A program made the translations under genes and the position numbers. 64,000 bases of DNA from an uncultured Clostridia bacterium (GTDB lineage Bacteria > Bacillota > Clostridia > Christensenellales > Aristaeellaceae). Shown here one piece after another: positions 1-11,100 of the stretch. The notes below the pieces were generated by a model that saw only the letters and a program-made list of their open reading frames with translations, made no database searches and was not told the DNA's origin. Numbering within the stretch: position 1 is the stretch's first letter; each line of letters begins with the position of its first letter. The stretch spans positions 32,560-96,559 of the forward strand of contig CAMFCQ010000001.1 in assembly GCA_945948915.1 (NCBI GenBank), read 5' to 3'.

Positions 1-965
1 GCGTACAGCGAGCAGTAAATCGGCAGACGACCGATATAGATGCCGGAGGTCGCCATGCTCACCAGATACAGCGCGGTTGAAACGATGCCCATGTTGCAGG
101 CGATCTGAATGACCCGGTCCCCGGATTTCGCAATCTTCCTGCGGCAGAACAGGGACAGAATGGTCGGCACGGAATACACCAGAACGCGCAGCGGGTTGGT
201 GCCATCGTCGCCAAAGTGACGCCAGTCGCTGACCACATTGCGGTACTGCGTGTCCGCCAGCACGGTATCCAGCGTATCCGTAAATACGCCGCTGGCTGAC
301 ATGATGACCACTGTGCCCAGAATCACCAGTATAGTCTTCCAGTTCCACGGTCTGCCCTGCACGATAAACATAATCGGCAGCATCATCAGGGCCGTTTTGT
401 GAAACAGAGAGGCAATGACGATGATCACGCCGGCTTTGATATACTGCTTTCTGAAAATGGGTTCTGCCGCCGCAAAGGTGATGGCTACCGCAACAAACTG
501 GCGGATTCCGTTCTGCATCCAGGACACAAAGTCCGTCGATGCGACAAAGACAAAGATCGCAAACCAGTAATCCTCCGAAAACTTGCGGTAGGTCTTCATC
601 AGGCAGTAGCCCTGGATGAGCGCGATCACCAGAAAAAAGTAACGGAAGTGCGAACCGGCAAACACGCTGACCAGCGCGCCAAGCGCATAAAACCCCGTAT
701 CCTTGCCATGGGACTGAATATACGTCAGCTTTCCGCTCAATGCACTGGGAATGCTGCGGTAATCCGCAATATAAACGCCGGTATCGCCAACATGATTCGA
801 TCTTGTCGCTGCCAGCAGGATGATGGGCAGAATCACGATCCAGGCATAAAGCTGCGTTGCGCGGCGTTCTTCCCTGCCCAGTACCTTCACGCGGCGGTGC
901 ATGCCGCCCGTATGCCCCATGATCGCGGCAAGGAACAGCCAGAAGAAAATCAGGATATATTGCAT
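1..965 (-). CDS. EpsG-family / Wzy-like polysaccharide polymerase (3' end runs off the window)
   Basis: Not in the ORF track because it is open at the window edge. My reverse-strand translation from ATG 965-963 reads MQYILIFFWLFLAAIMGHTGG...YIADYRSIPSAL...FRYFFLVIALIQGYCLM...FHKTALMMLPIMFIV, with many hydrophobic spans. It starts 7 nt downstream of the GT4 gene stop inside an EPS locus. The family call is from recalled EpsG-like features. Confidence 0.55.
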   Translation of the reverse strand, partial: MQYILIFFWLFLAAIMGHTGGMHRRVKVLGREERRATQLYAWIVILPIILLAATRSNHVGDTGVYIADYRSIPSALSGKLTYIQSHGKDTGFYALGALVSVFAGSHFRYFFLVIALIQGYCLMKTYRKFSEDYWFAIFVFVASTDFVSWMQNGIRQFVAVAITFAAAEPIFRKQYIKAGVIIVIASLFHKTALMMLPIMFIVQGRPWNWKTILVILGTVVIMSASGVFTDTLDTVLADTQYRNVVSDWRHFGDDGTNPLRVLVYSVPTILSLFCRRKIAKSGDRVIQIACNMGIVSTALYLVSMATSGIYIGRLPIYCSLY

Positions 966-972
966 ATAACCA

Positions 973-2106
973 CTATACCTCGCTGAGAATCTCGCAGAGC
1001 CGGGCGGTCACGGCCTCCGCGCTGTAACGGCTCACGTTGCCGTGCGTCAGGCGCGCGCGCAGCTGCGGATCATCCGCAATCTCGATCACGCGCCGCGCCA
1101 TGGCGTCGCTGTCGCCGATGTGCACCAGGAAGCCGTTCTCGCCGTCGCGGATGATCGGCACATGGCCGCGGTTGTCCGTCGCCACGACGGGCAGGCCGCA
1201 GTACATCGCTTCCACAATGTTCAGCGCCAGCCCCTCGCGCAGGCTCGACGCCACCGCGATGTCCGCCGCGCGCAGGCACGCGCCAATGTCGCTGCGCCAA
1301 AGCGTAAATACAACAGAATCCGCCACGCCCATCTGCTGTGCCAGCCGCTGGAAGGAACCGTCTGCATGGTCCGGCCCAACGAGCACCAGATACGTGTCGG
1401 GATGTTTTTCTTTGATTTTCTGAAGCGCTTCAAAGAGCATCCTCTGGTTCTTGTTGCGGATCAGCTCCGCGACGTAGATCAGCACCAGCGCGTCCTGCGG
1501 GATCCCCCATTCGCTGCGAAGCCGCTTTCTTGCTTCTGCGGCGTCCCCCACCTCAAGGCGCGAGAAATCCACGCCGACGCCGTTCACCCTGACCACCGGA
1601 AGCCGCTTGGGGAACAGGCGCCTGGCCCGCTCCTCGTCCTCGTCATTGAGGGTGATCAGCAGATCGGTGACATGGGCAAGCAGCCATTCGATCGGGAAGA
1701 ACAGCAGCCAGTTCACCAGCGGCGCGCCGGTGAAGAAGTGAAAGCCGTGCGCAAAATAGACGACCTTGGTCCCCCGCTTGCGTGCGCCCAGCGCAGCGAG
1801 GCGGGCCACCAGCGCGCCCACCGGCGTATGGCAATACACGATGTCGTAATGCTCATCATTAAGAAGCCGATGCAGCTGGCGCACGCCGCGCAGCGTGTCC
1901 GGCGTGAACGGCGAGCGCTTCCATACGCCGCGGATCTGGCGGTCGCAGTACGGCACGTCCTCCTCGCCGGAGGCCGCCACGTCGACCGTCCAGCCCTGCG
2001 CCTTCAGCGCTTTGATCGTGGGCACGTGAAACTTGAGCACGTGCTCCTTGACCACGTTGGCCACCAGCAGCAGCTTCTTAGGCGGAGTTCTTTCCTTCGT
2101 AGGCAT
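973..2106 (-). CDS. Glycosyltransferase, GT4 family
   Basis: 377-aa ORF. The C-terminal half has the GT4 signature region (ASSLREGLALNIVEAMYCGLPVVATDNRG, an E-x7-E type). It overlaps the upstream sugar transferase gene by 29 nt, which suggests operon coupling. Confidence 0.8.
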   Translation of the reverse strand: MPTKERTPPKKLLLVANVVKEHVLKFHVPTIKALKAQGWTVDVAASGEEDVPYCDRQIRGVWKRSPFTPDTLRGVRQLHRLLNDEHYDIVYCHTPVGALVARLAALGARKRGTKVVYFAHGFHFFTGAPLVNWLLFFPIEWLLAHVTDLLITLNDEDEERARRLFPKRLPVVRVNGVGVDFSRLEVGDAAEARKRLRSEWGIPQDALVLIYVAELIRNKNQRMLFEALQKIKEKHPDTYLVLVGPDHADGSFQRLAQQMGVADSVVFTLWRSDIGACLRAADIAVASSLREGLALNIVEAMYCGLPVVATDNRGHVPIIRDGENGFLVHIGDSDAMARRVIEIADDPQLRARLTHGNVSRYSAEAVTARLCEILSEV

Positions 2107-2758
2107 GTTCCAGCTCTTCCTTATGCTCTCGGATTTCGTTTCTGCGCGCCTCGATGTGCGGTGTCAGCGTGCCGGTGCCGCCCTCTACGACGCCCTTCTG
2201 GCGCAGCACGCTGCCGACCGTCATCAGCACGCAGGTAGCGTCCATCTTGAACGTCAGCTGACGCACATATTCACCGTCCAGCCGCGCCTTTTCCTCGATC
2301 TCCAGCTCATCGCGGCCGTTCACCTGTGCCCAGCCCGTCAGGCCCGGCGTCACGTCGTTGGCGCCGTATCGGTCGCGCTCGGCAATCAGGTCATCCTGGT
2401 TCCACAGCGCCGGCCTCGGGCCGACAATGCTCATCTCACCCTTGAGGATGTTGATGATCTGCGGCAGCTCATCCAGGCTCGTCTTGCGCAGGAAGGCGCC
2501 GCTTCTGGTGATAAACGCCTCCGGGTTCTCAAGCAGATGCGTCGGCATGTCATGCGGCGCATCCGTCCTCATCGTACGGAATTTGAGAATATTGAAATAC
2601 GTTTTGTTCTTTCCCACACGCTTCTGCTTAAAGAATACCGGCCCGGGCGAATCCAGCTTGATCCACACGGCCAGCAGCAGAAGCATCGGAGAGAGAATCA
2701 CGAGGCCGCACAGCGAAAGGATGACATCCAGCATCCGCTTGACAAATCGCTGATACAT
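2078..2758 (-). CDS. Initiating undecaprenyl-phosphate sugar phosphotransferase (small bacterial sugar transferase, PglC/EpsL type)
   Basis: 226 aa with a single N-terminal TM segment (VILSLCGLVILSPMLLLLAVWI). Bac_transf motifs are present: GPVFFKQKRVGKN, FNILKFRTM, DELPQIINILKGEMSIVGPRP. Confidence 0.85.
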   Translation of the reverse strand: MYQRFVKRMLDVILSLCGLVILSPMLLLLAVWIKLDSPGPVFFKQKRVGKNKTYFNILKFRTMRTDAPHDMPTHLLENPEAFITRSGAFLRKTSLDELPQIINILKGEMSIVGPRPALWNQDDLIAERDRYGANDVTPGLTGWAQVNGRDELEIEEKARLDGEYVRQLTFKMDATCVLMTVGSVLRQKGVVEGGTGTLTPHIEARRNEIREHKEELEHAYEGKNSA

Positions 2759-2801
2759 AAGCGCTTTTCCTCCTCAAATTTCTCCGTCTTCCCCGGAACA
2801 A

Positions 2802-4808
2802 TCAGCCGGCGCAGTCTTCTCTGCCGTCTGCCATCTGCATTTCATCCGCCTGAACCGCCGCAGAGTTCACCTCTTCCGGCGCGTGATACGTCGGCACGAC
2901 GCGCTTCATCGCCGCGCGCACCGTCTCATCATCCCCCGTAGCCGTCGCACTTCGAAGAATCGCAAGCTTCTCCTCAATCTCCGCGCGGCTGAGCGGCTTG
3001 TCCCGCTCGATGAAGATCATGCGGTTGTCGGTCTTGGTCAGCTCTTCCGTCTTGATGAGCAGCTCCTCATAGAGCTTCTCGCCCGGGCGCAGACCCGTCT
3101 CCACAATGTTGATGTCCCTGTATGGCTCGTAGCCGGACAGGCGGATCATGCTCTCCGCCAGCTCCTGAATCCGCACCGGACGGCCCATGTCCAGCACATA
3201 CAGCTCACCGTCTTTGGCCATCGCGCCGGACTCCAGCACCAGCTGGCTCGCCTCCGGGATGGTCATGAAATAGCGGATGATGCGCCTGTCCGTCAGCGTC
3301 ACCGGGCCGCCGGCCGCGATCTGCCGCCTGAACAGCGGGATGACCGAGCCGTTGCTGCCCAGCACGTTGCCAAAGCGCGTCGCGCTGAAGTTGGTGCTGC
3401 TGCCGCCGGCGCGGCTGAGCACGATCATCTCGCACATGCGCTTGGTCGCGCCCATCACGTTGGTGGGGTTGACCGCCTTGTCCGTGGAGATCATCGTGAA
3501 CTTCTTCACGCCGTGCTTTTCGGAGATCTCGACGATGTTCAGCGTGCCGAACACGTTGTTCTTGACCGCCTCGCAGCAGTTGTGCTCCATCAGCGGCACA
3601 TGCTTGTGCGCAGCCGCGTGCAGCACAATGTCCGGTCTGTAATGAGCAAAGACCCGATCAAGCGCCGCCCTGTCGCACACGGAGATGATCTCCACCTGCA
3701 CGTCGAGCGTCACGCCGTAGGCAATGCGCAGCTCCTGCTGGATATCGTACGCGCCGTTTTCATATTCGTCCAGGATCACTAGCTGCCTGGGCTTCATCTT
3801 GGCAATCTGCCTGCACAGCTCGCTGCCAATGGAACCGCCGCCGCCGGAGATGAGCACCGTCTTTCCGCGGTAATATGCGGACGTGCGCTCGTTGGTAAAC
3901 TCCATCGGCTGGCGGAAGAGCAGCTCCTCGATGTCAAACTCGCGCACACTGCGCCGGCCGTTTTCAACCGTCTGCGTCAGCGGATAGTCGTACACCTTGA
4001 GCTTGCAGCCCGTGGTCTTGTACTGATCGTACAGTTCCTTCTTGCGCTCCGCCTTCATTTCGGGCAGAGCAAACACGATCTCCTGAACCGGGTAGCTCAT
4101 CAGGCGCTCCTGCGTCGCTTCGCTTTCCGGGAGAACGGGAATGCCGTTGATCGTGCGGCCAATCTTCTCGCGGTCGATGTCGATGAAGCAGCACGGCCTG
4201 TATGCTGAACGCGGATTGTTGGCCAGCTCCTCCGCGAGCATGACGCCCACGCGCCCCGCGCCGACGACGGCAATGTTGATCTTCGGGGTCATGCCGCGGG
4301 CGCCGCTGTCGCGCTGCCCCGGCTGGTCGCTCAAGCCGGTAAAGCCCGCCGTCAGTCTGCGCAGCAGATTTGCCGCGCGGTTGTCGCCGTACTCATAGAG
4401 ATACTGGTACACAAAGCGGATCGTCATGCCAAACAGCAGATTCAGCGCAACAATGCACAGCGCGCGCACAAACGAGATCTTGAAGCGCACGGGCATCAGC
4501 AGGCCCTGCGCCGCAAAATAGGTGATGCCCGCAAGCAGATCCATCAGTATCATCTGCATGTAGGCCATCGTCCCGCCGTAGCGCCAGATCTGCCGATATA
4601 CGCCGCCGGCGATGCGCCAGCCAAAGATGCTCGCCGCGCCCAGCAGAATCTGCCCCACGATGGCGGCCGCCGCCAGGTGCTCGTCCTCACTGGGGTAGAT
4701 CACCAGCATCAGCACATCTACAAATAACAGCAGCGCCAGATCGCACAGCATCAGCTTGATCTTATGGTTCTGGCGGCTCTGCTCTGTCTGCCTGTTCCCC
4801 TGATTCAT
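2802..4808 (-). CDS. CapD/PglF-type membrane-anchored NDP-sugar 4,6-dehydratase (polysaccharide biosynthesis protein)
   Basis: N-terminal TM bundle followed by two Rossmann-like regions (VVGAGRVG, LISGGGGSIGSEL). The track ORF starts at 4919. I prefer ATG 4808 (MNQGNRQ...), which is preceded by AGGAAG. Confidence 0.8.
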   Translation of the reverse strand: MNQGNRQTEQSRQNHKIKLMLCDLALLLFVDVLMLVIYPSEDEHLAAAAIVGQILLGAASIFGWRIAGGVYRQIWRYGGTMAYMQMILMDLLAGITYFAAQGLLMPVRFKISFVRALCIVALNLLFGMTIRFVYQYLYEYGDNRAANLLRRLTAGFTGLSDQPGQRDSGARGMTPKINIAVVGAGRVGVMLAEELANNPRSAYRPCCFIDIDREKIGRTINGIPVLPESEATQERLMSYPVQEIVFALPEMKAERKKELYDQYKTTGCKLKVYDYPLTQTVENGRRSVREFDIEELLFRQPMEFTNERTSAYYRGKTVLISGGGGSIGSELCRQIAKMKPRQLVILDEYENGAYDIQQELRIAYGVTLDVQVEIISVCDRAALDRVFAHYRPDIVLHAAAHKHVPLMEHNCCEAVKNNVFGTLNIVEISEKHGVKKFTMISTDKAVNPTNVMGATKRMCEMIVLSRAGGSSTNFSATRFGNVLGSNGSVIPLFRRQIAAGGPVTLTDRRIIRYFMTIPEASQLVLESGAMAKDGELYVLDMGRPVRIQELAESMIRLSGYEPYRDINIVETGLRPGEKLYEELLIKTEELTKTDNRMIFIERDKPLSRAEIEEKLAILRSATATGDDETVRAAMKRVVPTYHAPEEVNSAAVQADEMQMADGREDCAG

Positions 4809-4968
4809 GTCTTCCTGTTCTTTCCCTTCTGCCTCTGTCCGGGAGCAGATACGGCAGTGATCCTTCACAGCTGCAGGAAATCCCCTTTCCCAACGTCTGC
4901 GATTTTCCTCATTATACATCTAGTGTCACATTTTTGCAACTAATCCGTATGTATTTTTTTAAGTTCTC

Positions 4969-5901
4969 TTAATAACTTGTCGAGTTCGGATAAATAATTC
5001 CATGAATCTTATTGATGCCGTAGGCCGGATCGATGATCAGCTTGGACGTGCCGTCTGAGCTGTCATACTTGAATTCGCCCTCTTCGGGATACGCATACAT
5101 CCGGATATCGGAGATGCCGGTGGTCATCATCTTGGTTGCCAGACCGATGATGTCAAACAGCGACATGTTCGTCGAAACATAGTCAAAGCACGTCGTCGCC
5201 AGAGAGATCATCTGCGGAATCGAGCTGTTGACGACCTCCCGGGCCATGGCCATGAGCAGCTTTCGCTGTCTGGCCTGGCGGCCAAAGTCGTTGTCCAGCT
5301 TGCGGATGCGTGCGTAGGCCAGCGCCTGCGCACCGCAGAGCCTCGCCTCCGTCGCATCGCTGGGGATGCGCTGAATCGGCGTGTCGCCGTAATCGCCGTA
5401 GGACTCCTCCACGGTCGTGTTGATCGCCCAGGGCTCGCTCTCCTCCAGCCGGATGGTCACGCCGCCCATCGTATCCACGATGTCGCAGATGCCGTAGAAG
5501 TTAACGGTCACATAGTTCTCGATGTTCAGGTTGTACGTCCGGTTGATCGTCTGCATCAGCAGGTTCGGTCCGCCGAAGGAATGCGCCGCATTGAGCTTGT
5601 TCTCGTGGCCGTTGTCGCCCATGGTCACCCAGGTATCGCGCGCCAGGGAGATGACGTTGACCACGCCCGTCGTCTGGTTGATCGAGCAGATCATCATCGT
5701 GTCGGCGCGGCCGGATGCCATCTCGTTTTCACGCGTGTCCGTACCGATGAGCAGGATGTTCTTCACATTCTTGTCAAGACCCTCGTACACGCTCAGGTCG
5801 CCATCCTTGACCGGCATGCTGTAATCGCCGAGCGCGCATGCCGGCAGCATCAGCGCCAGAAGCAGCGCGCAGAGCATCGCGCATATCCGTTTATTGACCA
5901 T
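4969..5901 (-). CDS. LCP family (LytR-CpsA-Psr) polymer-to-wall ligase
   Basis: Motifs NILLIGTDTRE....GRADTMMICSIN....ISLARDTWV are present. The N-terminus is a hydrophobic anchor with the lipobox-like sequence LMLPAC. Start moved to ATG 5901, which is preceded by AAGGAGAG; the track start is 5937. Confidence 0.8.
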   Translation of the reverse strand: MVNKRICAMLCALLLALMLPACALGDYSMPVKDGDLSVYEGLDKNVKNILLIGTDTRENEMASGRADTMMICSINQTTGVVNVISLARDTWVTMGDNGHENKLNAAHSFGGPNLLMQTINRTYNLNIENYVTVNFYGICDIVDTMGGVTIRLEESEPWAINTTVEESYGDYGDTPIQRIPSDATEARLCGAQALAYARIRKLDNDFGRQARQRKLLMAMAREVVNSSIPQMISLATTCFDYVSTNMSLFDIIGLATKMMTTGISDIRMYAYPEEGEFKYDSSDGTSKLIIDPAYGINKIHGIIYPNSTSY

Positions 5902-6589
5902 CGTTTGCCCTCTCCTTCTTCTGTGCCCGAAGCGCATCCGTCAGCCGGTTGTTCCTGGGCCATTCCCCGCGGAAGATCTTCTGTGCCTTTTCAAAGTCGT
6001 CATAATCCTCCGGCCTGTGCGCGTCCGAGGCGATATAGGCCGCCATACCTTCCTTGACCAGCTTCCTGGCCGTGCGCCGTTCAGCGCTCATCATGGGCGC
6101 CATCAGGCCGCAGGCATCCACCTGCAGCTCGCACCCCAGGTCGCGCATCTCGCTGGCAATGCCCAGATCGCGCTGAATATAGGCATAGCGCTCCGGATGC
6201 GCGATGATGGGCAGATACCCGGCATCCATCAGCTCGCTGAGGACGGCATCCCAGCGCGGCATCAGCTCGCTGCTGGAAAACTCGATCAGGATACAGCGCG
6301 TGCCGCTCAGACAGAACGCGTTCATCGCCTGCAGGCTGACATCATGGAACGCCCGATAGTTGAATTCGCAGCCCATGTTCAGCCCCAGGCCGAACTCATG
6401 CGCGATGCTCCTGGCGATGCGCAGGCTCCCGCGGTTTCTCTGCTGGTCCTCCGCGCGGTACACATGCGGCGTGGCGACGATGAACGTAATGCCCGCATCC
6501 GCCGCGCGCCCGGCCATATCATGCGCCATCTGCACATTTTTTGCGCCGTCATCCACGCCAGGCAGGATATGCACATGCATATCAATCAT
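5891..6589 (-). CDS. cpsB: PHP-family protein-tyrosine phosphatase of capsule loci (CpsB/YwqE type)
   Basis: N-terminus MIDMHVHILPGVDDGA, later VATPH and SDAH metal-binding motifs. It lies adjacent to a BY-kinase gene. Confidence 0.85.
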   Translation of the reverse strand: MIDMHVHILPGVDDGAKNVQMAHDMAGRAADAGITFIVATPHVYRAEDQQRNRGSLRIARSIAHEFGLGLNMGCEFNYRAFHDVSLQAMNAFCLSGTRCILIEFSSSELMPRWDAVLSELMDAGYLPIIAHPERYAYIQRDLGIASEMRDLGCELQVDACGLMAPMMSAERRTARKLVKEGMAAYIASDAHRPEDYDDFEKAQKIFRGEWPRNNRLTDALRAQKKERANDGQ

Positions 6590-6622
6590 CGCTCATTCTC
6601 CTTGCTGCGCATGTCTTCCCCA

Positions 6623-8062
6623 TCACTCCTCGTCATCCTGCTGCTCCCGGCGGCTGCTCAGGCCGCGGGTGCTGCGGCGCTCATGCTTGTGATGATCGCC
6701 ATATTTGTAGTAGCGGTTGTAGTAGTAGCTCTTCTGCTTGTGATTTACGAAGTTGAACACCAGGCCCAGCAGCTTGCCCTGTACCTGCTCCAGCTGAGCG
6801 AGCACCTTCGTCAGCTCCTTGCGCTCCACGCGGCCGTCCGCCACGACGACGATCGTGCCGTCCGTCTTGGCCGCCAGAGACGCCGCGTCGATAAACATGC
6901 CCAGCGGAGACGTGTCAAAGATCACCAGATCAAAGTACTGCTTACACTCCTCCAGGAAGCGGCCGAAGGACTCCAGATTCGCGTTCACTGCCATGCGGTG
7001 GTTGCTGTCCATGAAAAACAGGTTCGGCGTATTCGTGCGGGTGACCACCTCGGTCAGCTTCGCGCTGCCGTTCAGGTAGTCCATGATGTCCTTGCGGTTG
7101 CGCCGTCCCAGGTACCGGCCGATCATCGGGGAGCGATAGTCCATGTCCGCGATCAGCACGTTCTTGCCCTGGCTGGCCATCTCACAGGCCAGCATCAGGG
7201 AGACGGAGCTCTTGCCCTCCTTGGGCGTGGTGGAGGTGACGGTCAGCGTGCGCAGCGGCTCGCCCATCGCGGCGAACTCGATGTTCAGCGCCAGCTTTTT
7301 GATGCTCTCCTGCGTGTACTCGTTCATGCAGGCGAGGAGGTTGCTCTCTTTGGACAGCTGCTTTTTCAGGAACAGATCCATCTCCTTCTTGTAGCTGTAG
7401 ACATTGGAGAGGATGTTGGTCTTGAAGCGCACGTCCGCGTCGCTTTCAGCGCGCACCTTGGTATTGAGGACCTCCAGACCCACCAGCGCAAACGCCACCA
7501 GCGCCAGCGAAGCGAGCGCCGCCATGGGCACCATGGAGCCGCGGCCGCTGTTGGAGGGCCAGGTCGGCAGCGTCGCCTCGACGGCGACATGGAGGCTGTC
7601 CTGGTTCAGCATGTTGCGGATGTACTCAGAGAACACCTGACCCAGCATGTTGGCGGCCTCCATGCACATCTGCGGGTCGCGGCCCGTCACGCTGATGGTG
7701 ATGAAGCGCGTATCCTGCACGGCGCTGACGCCCACGGACATGCCGCCGGGCCAGCCCGGCCAGCCAAGGCGGCTGCAGGTTTCCTGCAGAACCGCCGGGG
7801 TCTGAATGAGCTCCTTGTAGTCGTTGACGAAGTACGCGCTCGAGGACAGGTCGTAGCGCGTGGTGCCGGTGGAATCGACGTAATCAAACAGCGTATACAG
7901 CTTGACCTGCGCCGTATACACATCCACCGTGTAATTGATGACGTACATATTGGCCAGAACGGCCACGACAATCGGGATGATGACCATCAGATACCATCTG
8001 CGCTTGAGCGCTTTGAGCATGTCACCCAGGGACAGTCCCAGTTCTTCTTCCACAGTATCCAC
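6623..8062 (-). CDS. Fused Wzz-like chain-length modulator + BY tyrosine kinase (CpsC-CpsD in one polypeptide)
   Basis: The N-terminal half has two TM segments flanking an extracytoplasmic domain. The C-terminal half has Walker A (TSTTPKEGKSSVS), Walker A'/B-like motifs (VLIADMD, LVIFDTSP) and a Tyr-rich tail (KSYYYNRYYKYG). Confidence 0.8.
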   Translation of the reverse strand: MDTVEEELGLSLGDMLKALKRRWYLMVIIPIVVAVLANMYVINYTVDVYTAQVKLYTLFDYVDSTGTTRYDLSSSAYFVNDYKELIQTPAVLQETCSRLGWPGWPGGMSVGVSAVQDTRFITISVTGRDPQMCMEAANMLGQVFSEYIRNMLNQDSLHVAVEATLPTWPSNSGRGSMVPMAALASLALVAFALVGLEVLNTKVRAESDADVRFKTNILSNVYSYKKEMDLFLKKQLSKESNLLACMNEYTQESIKKLALNIEFAAMGEPLRTLTVTSTTPKEGKSSVSLMLACEMASQGKNVLIADMDYRSPMIGRYLGRRNRKDIMDYLNGSAKLTEVVTRTNTPNLFFMDSNHRMAVNANLESFGRFLEECKQYFDLVIFDTSPLGMFIDAASLAAKTDGTIVVVADGRVERKELTKVLAQLEQVQGKLLGLVFNFVNHKQKSYYYNRYYKYGDHHKHERRSTRGLSSRREQQDDEE

Positions 8063-8107
8063 TCTCCTTTGGTTCAGTTGAATTGCATTGACGTTGTGAC
8101 AAGGCGG

Positions 8108-11100
8108 TTAGTTGATGAGCTTCATGCTCAGGTCGTACTTTTTCTCCCACAGGAGGTTGCCGCGTTCGTCATACTCGCGCTCGATGCGGTTGACGCCGTC
8201 CTTGTCGGCCGCGCCCCAGCCGTTCGCGCCGTAGTACGTGATCTTGACCACATTGCTGTTGCTGTCGTATCCGTAGGCGATTTCACAGTAGCCGTCCGTG
8301 CTGTTCACCTTGGTCTTCAGATCGGCCATGTAGCAGGCCTCGGAGACCACGCGGTCCATCATGTCGCGCGTGTAGCGCTTGGCCTGATAGCCCTTGCTTG
8401 TGGTGACAGGATTGCCCTCCGCGTCCTGATAGTACTCCTCCAGCACGCGGTCAAAGCCGTCGTACACATAGGCGATGCGTGTGTAGCCCTCGCTGGTCAC
8501 GATCTCCTGTCCGTTGCTGTCCTCGTACGTCCTGGTCGCAGGCACGCTGACATCATCGCTGTCGTACGTCATGCGCGCCTGCGCGGCGCCGCTGTACGCC
8601 TGCGTCGGATTGCCATTGGCGTCCAGATACCGCTCCAGCACAGCGCGGCTGAACATATCGACCTGGATTTCCTTCGCCTCATAGCCCTCGCTGCACTTGA
8701 CCGGCGTGCCGTCGTTCAGGTAATACGCCTGATAGATGACCGCACCGTTGGCGTCATAGTCCTGCTCGAGCACTTCATATCCTTCCTCGTTGCGCACCGG
8801 CTGACCGAACTGGTCGTAATACCGGATCTCCACCGGCAGTCCGCGCCAGTCGCACACATAGGACGCGCTGGCGTAGCCCGCCAGGATCTTGACCGGGTTG
8901 CCGTCGCCGTCCAGATAGGTTTCGCCCGTCAGGCAGCCGTTCACGTCGTACTGCGCTGTGCGCGCCGCATAGCCGTAGGTGGTCATGTACAGCCCGCCGT
9001 CCGCCGCCAGGAATGCCTCGCGGATCACGTTGCCATTTTCATCGAACTCGCGCTCCATCGCCGCCGCGCCGATCTCGTTGCGGCCGGGCACGCCGTCGGA
9101 TTCGTAATACTCCATGCGCACCAGGTTGCCAAGTGCATCGTAGGTGTACTTCTGAATGGCGTACATGCGGCCATAGTCGCAGACCTCGCCCTTCTCGTTG
9201 TACGCGCGGCGCTCGGTGATGTTGCCCGCCGCGTCGTAGGTAAAGGTCTGCCGGGCGTAGCCGTAGTTGCTGATGAAGAACTCGCCGTCCGGATTGTAAT
9301 AGCACTCTTCGATCTTGTTGTCGTTCTCGTCGTAGGCATAGGTCACGCGCGCATAGCGTCCGCTGCCGAACGTCGGCTCCCCTTCCGCATTCAGGTTGGT
9401 GATGGAGGTGCGGTTGCCGCGCTCATCGTACGTCATGCGCTGGCCGCTGTATCCCCAGGGCGAAACGACAATCTGCCCGTCCAGGCCGTAGTACCAGAAC
9501 TCGATCAGGTTGTCCCGCTCGTCATAGGTGTAGCGCACGCTCGCCGCCATGCCCGAGCGCGTGATCTGCTGACCGTCTTCACCGACAAACGCCTCATAGA
9601 TCCGGTTGCCGCGCTCGTCATATTCATAGATCAGCGCTGCAAAGCCGCCCACGGTCACGGGATTGTTCTGCTCGTCGTAGTAGGACACGCGGGTCGCGTA
9701 GCCGTTTTCGTCGCGCTCATAGAGGATGTACGCGCAGCCGTTCGGTCCGTTCATCAGTCCGTACCAGGGATTGAGGTACGCCTCGCGGACCAGATTGCCG
9801 CTTTCATCGTAGGTGTGCTCAAGGATCGCGTAGCCCTGGCTGGTGATCATCAGGCTGCCGGTTTCATCATAATAGCGCGTCTGCGTCGTGTTGCCCCAGG
9901 CGTCATAGCTGTACTCGATCGCCGCATAGCCCGCCTTGATGCGCGTGGCCTGGCCGTCCGCGCCGGCAAAGGAGCGGCGCAGCAGGCGGCCCGCGTCGTC
10001 GTAAACCATGTGCATGGACGCATAGCCCAGCGATGTGCGGATCGGATTGCCGTTCAGATCGAAATACGCCACCAGATTCTGCCTGCGCATGCTGTCATAG
10101 CCAAAGCGGATGATCGAATAATCCCCGCTGCCGCGCATCGGATTGCCGTCCTGATCAAGGTACGCCTGCTCGATGAGCATGCCGTCGTCCGAGCTCGTGG
10201 TGCGGATCATCCATGCGCCGTCGGTCTGGCGGCACAGCTCGCCCAGGCGGTTATACACCCGCTTCCACTGGATCAGGCCGTCGTCCGACCAGTCCACCTC
10301 AATCCAGGCATAGCCCGCAGAGATGTTGACCGGCTGACCGGCTGCATCCAGATAGCGCTGCAGGGTCTGCCTGTTCTTCTCATCAAAGGCGAACTCGATC
10401 TGCGCATATCCGTCGCTGATCATCACCGGCTCGTGCGCGCGGTTCAGATAGGTGATGCGCGTCACGTTGCGCGCTGCGTCGTAGCCGTAGCGGATGGCGG
10501 CATAGCCCGCCTTCAGCATGACCGGCTGCTCAAACTCGTCGTAAAACGCTTCCAGGCTCTTGTTTCCGGCCTCGTCGTACGCATAGCCGACGGCCGCATA
10601 GCCGCCGCTGAGGCACACCGGCCGGCCGTCTTCGCCCAGATATCGCTCATAGACCAGCTGGTCAAGCTCATTATAGCGGTATTCCAGCGACGCGTAGCCG
10701 TCCGCAATGCCGGTCAGCTGATTGTCCGTATCCAGATAACGCAGCGCGATGAGAAGGTTATGCGCGTCATAGTCTCGCTCAAGCGCCGCATAGCCGTCCG
10801 GGATGCGCACCAGATTGCCCCAGCCGTCGCCGTAGGCCTCGCGCGTCACATTGCCATGCTCGTCATAGGCGAACATCTTTTCGGCATAGCAGCCGGAAAG
10901 CAGCTTCATGCCGCCGTCCGTGCCATAGTACGTCTCGCGTGTGACCCGGCTGAGCGTGTCGTATTCGTAGCCGATAGCCGCGTAGCCGCTGGAAGTCAGC
11001 ACAAGCTGATCCTGCGGATCCAGATAGCTCATGCGCGTCACGCGGCTGAACACATCGTACTGCACCGCGATCTTCGCATAGCCCATCAGCGTCGTCACCG

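Noticed and set aside
399-986. 195-aa plus-strand ORF at the left edge.
   Set aside because: It is antisense to an open reverse-strand frame that translates into a multi-TM EpsG-like protein with a proper ATG at 965 next to the GT4 gene. The plus-strand product is charged and Arg/His-rich with no features.
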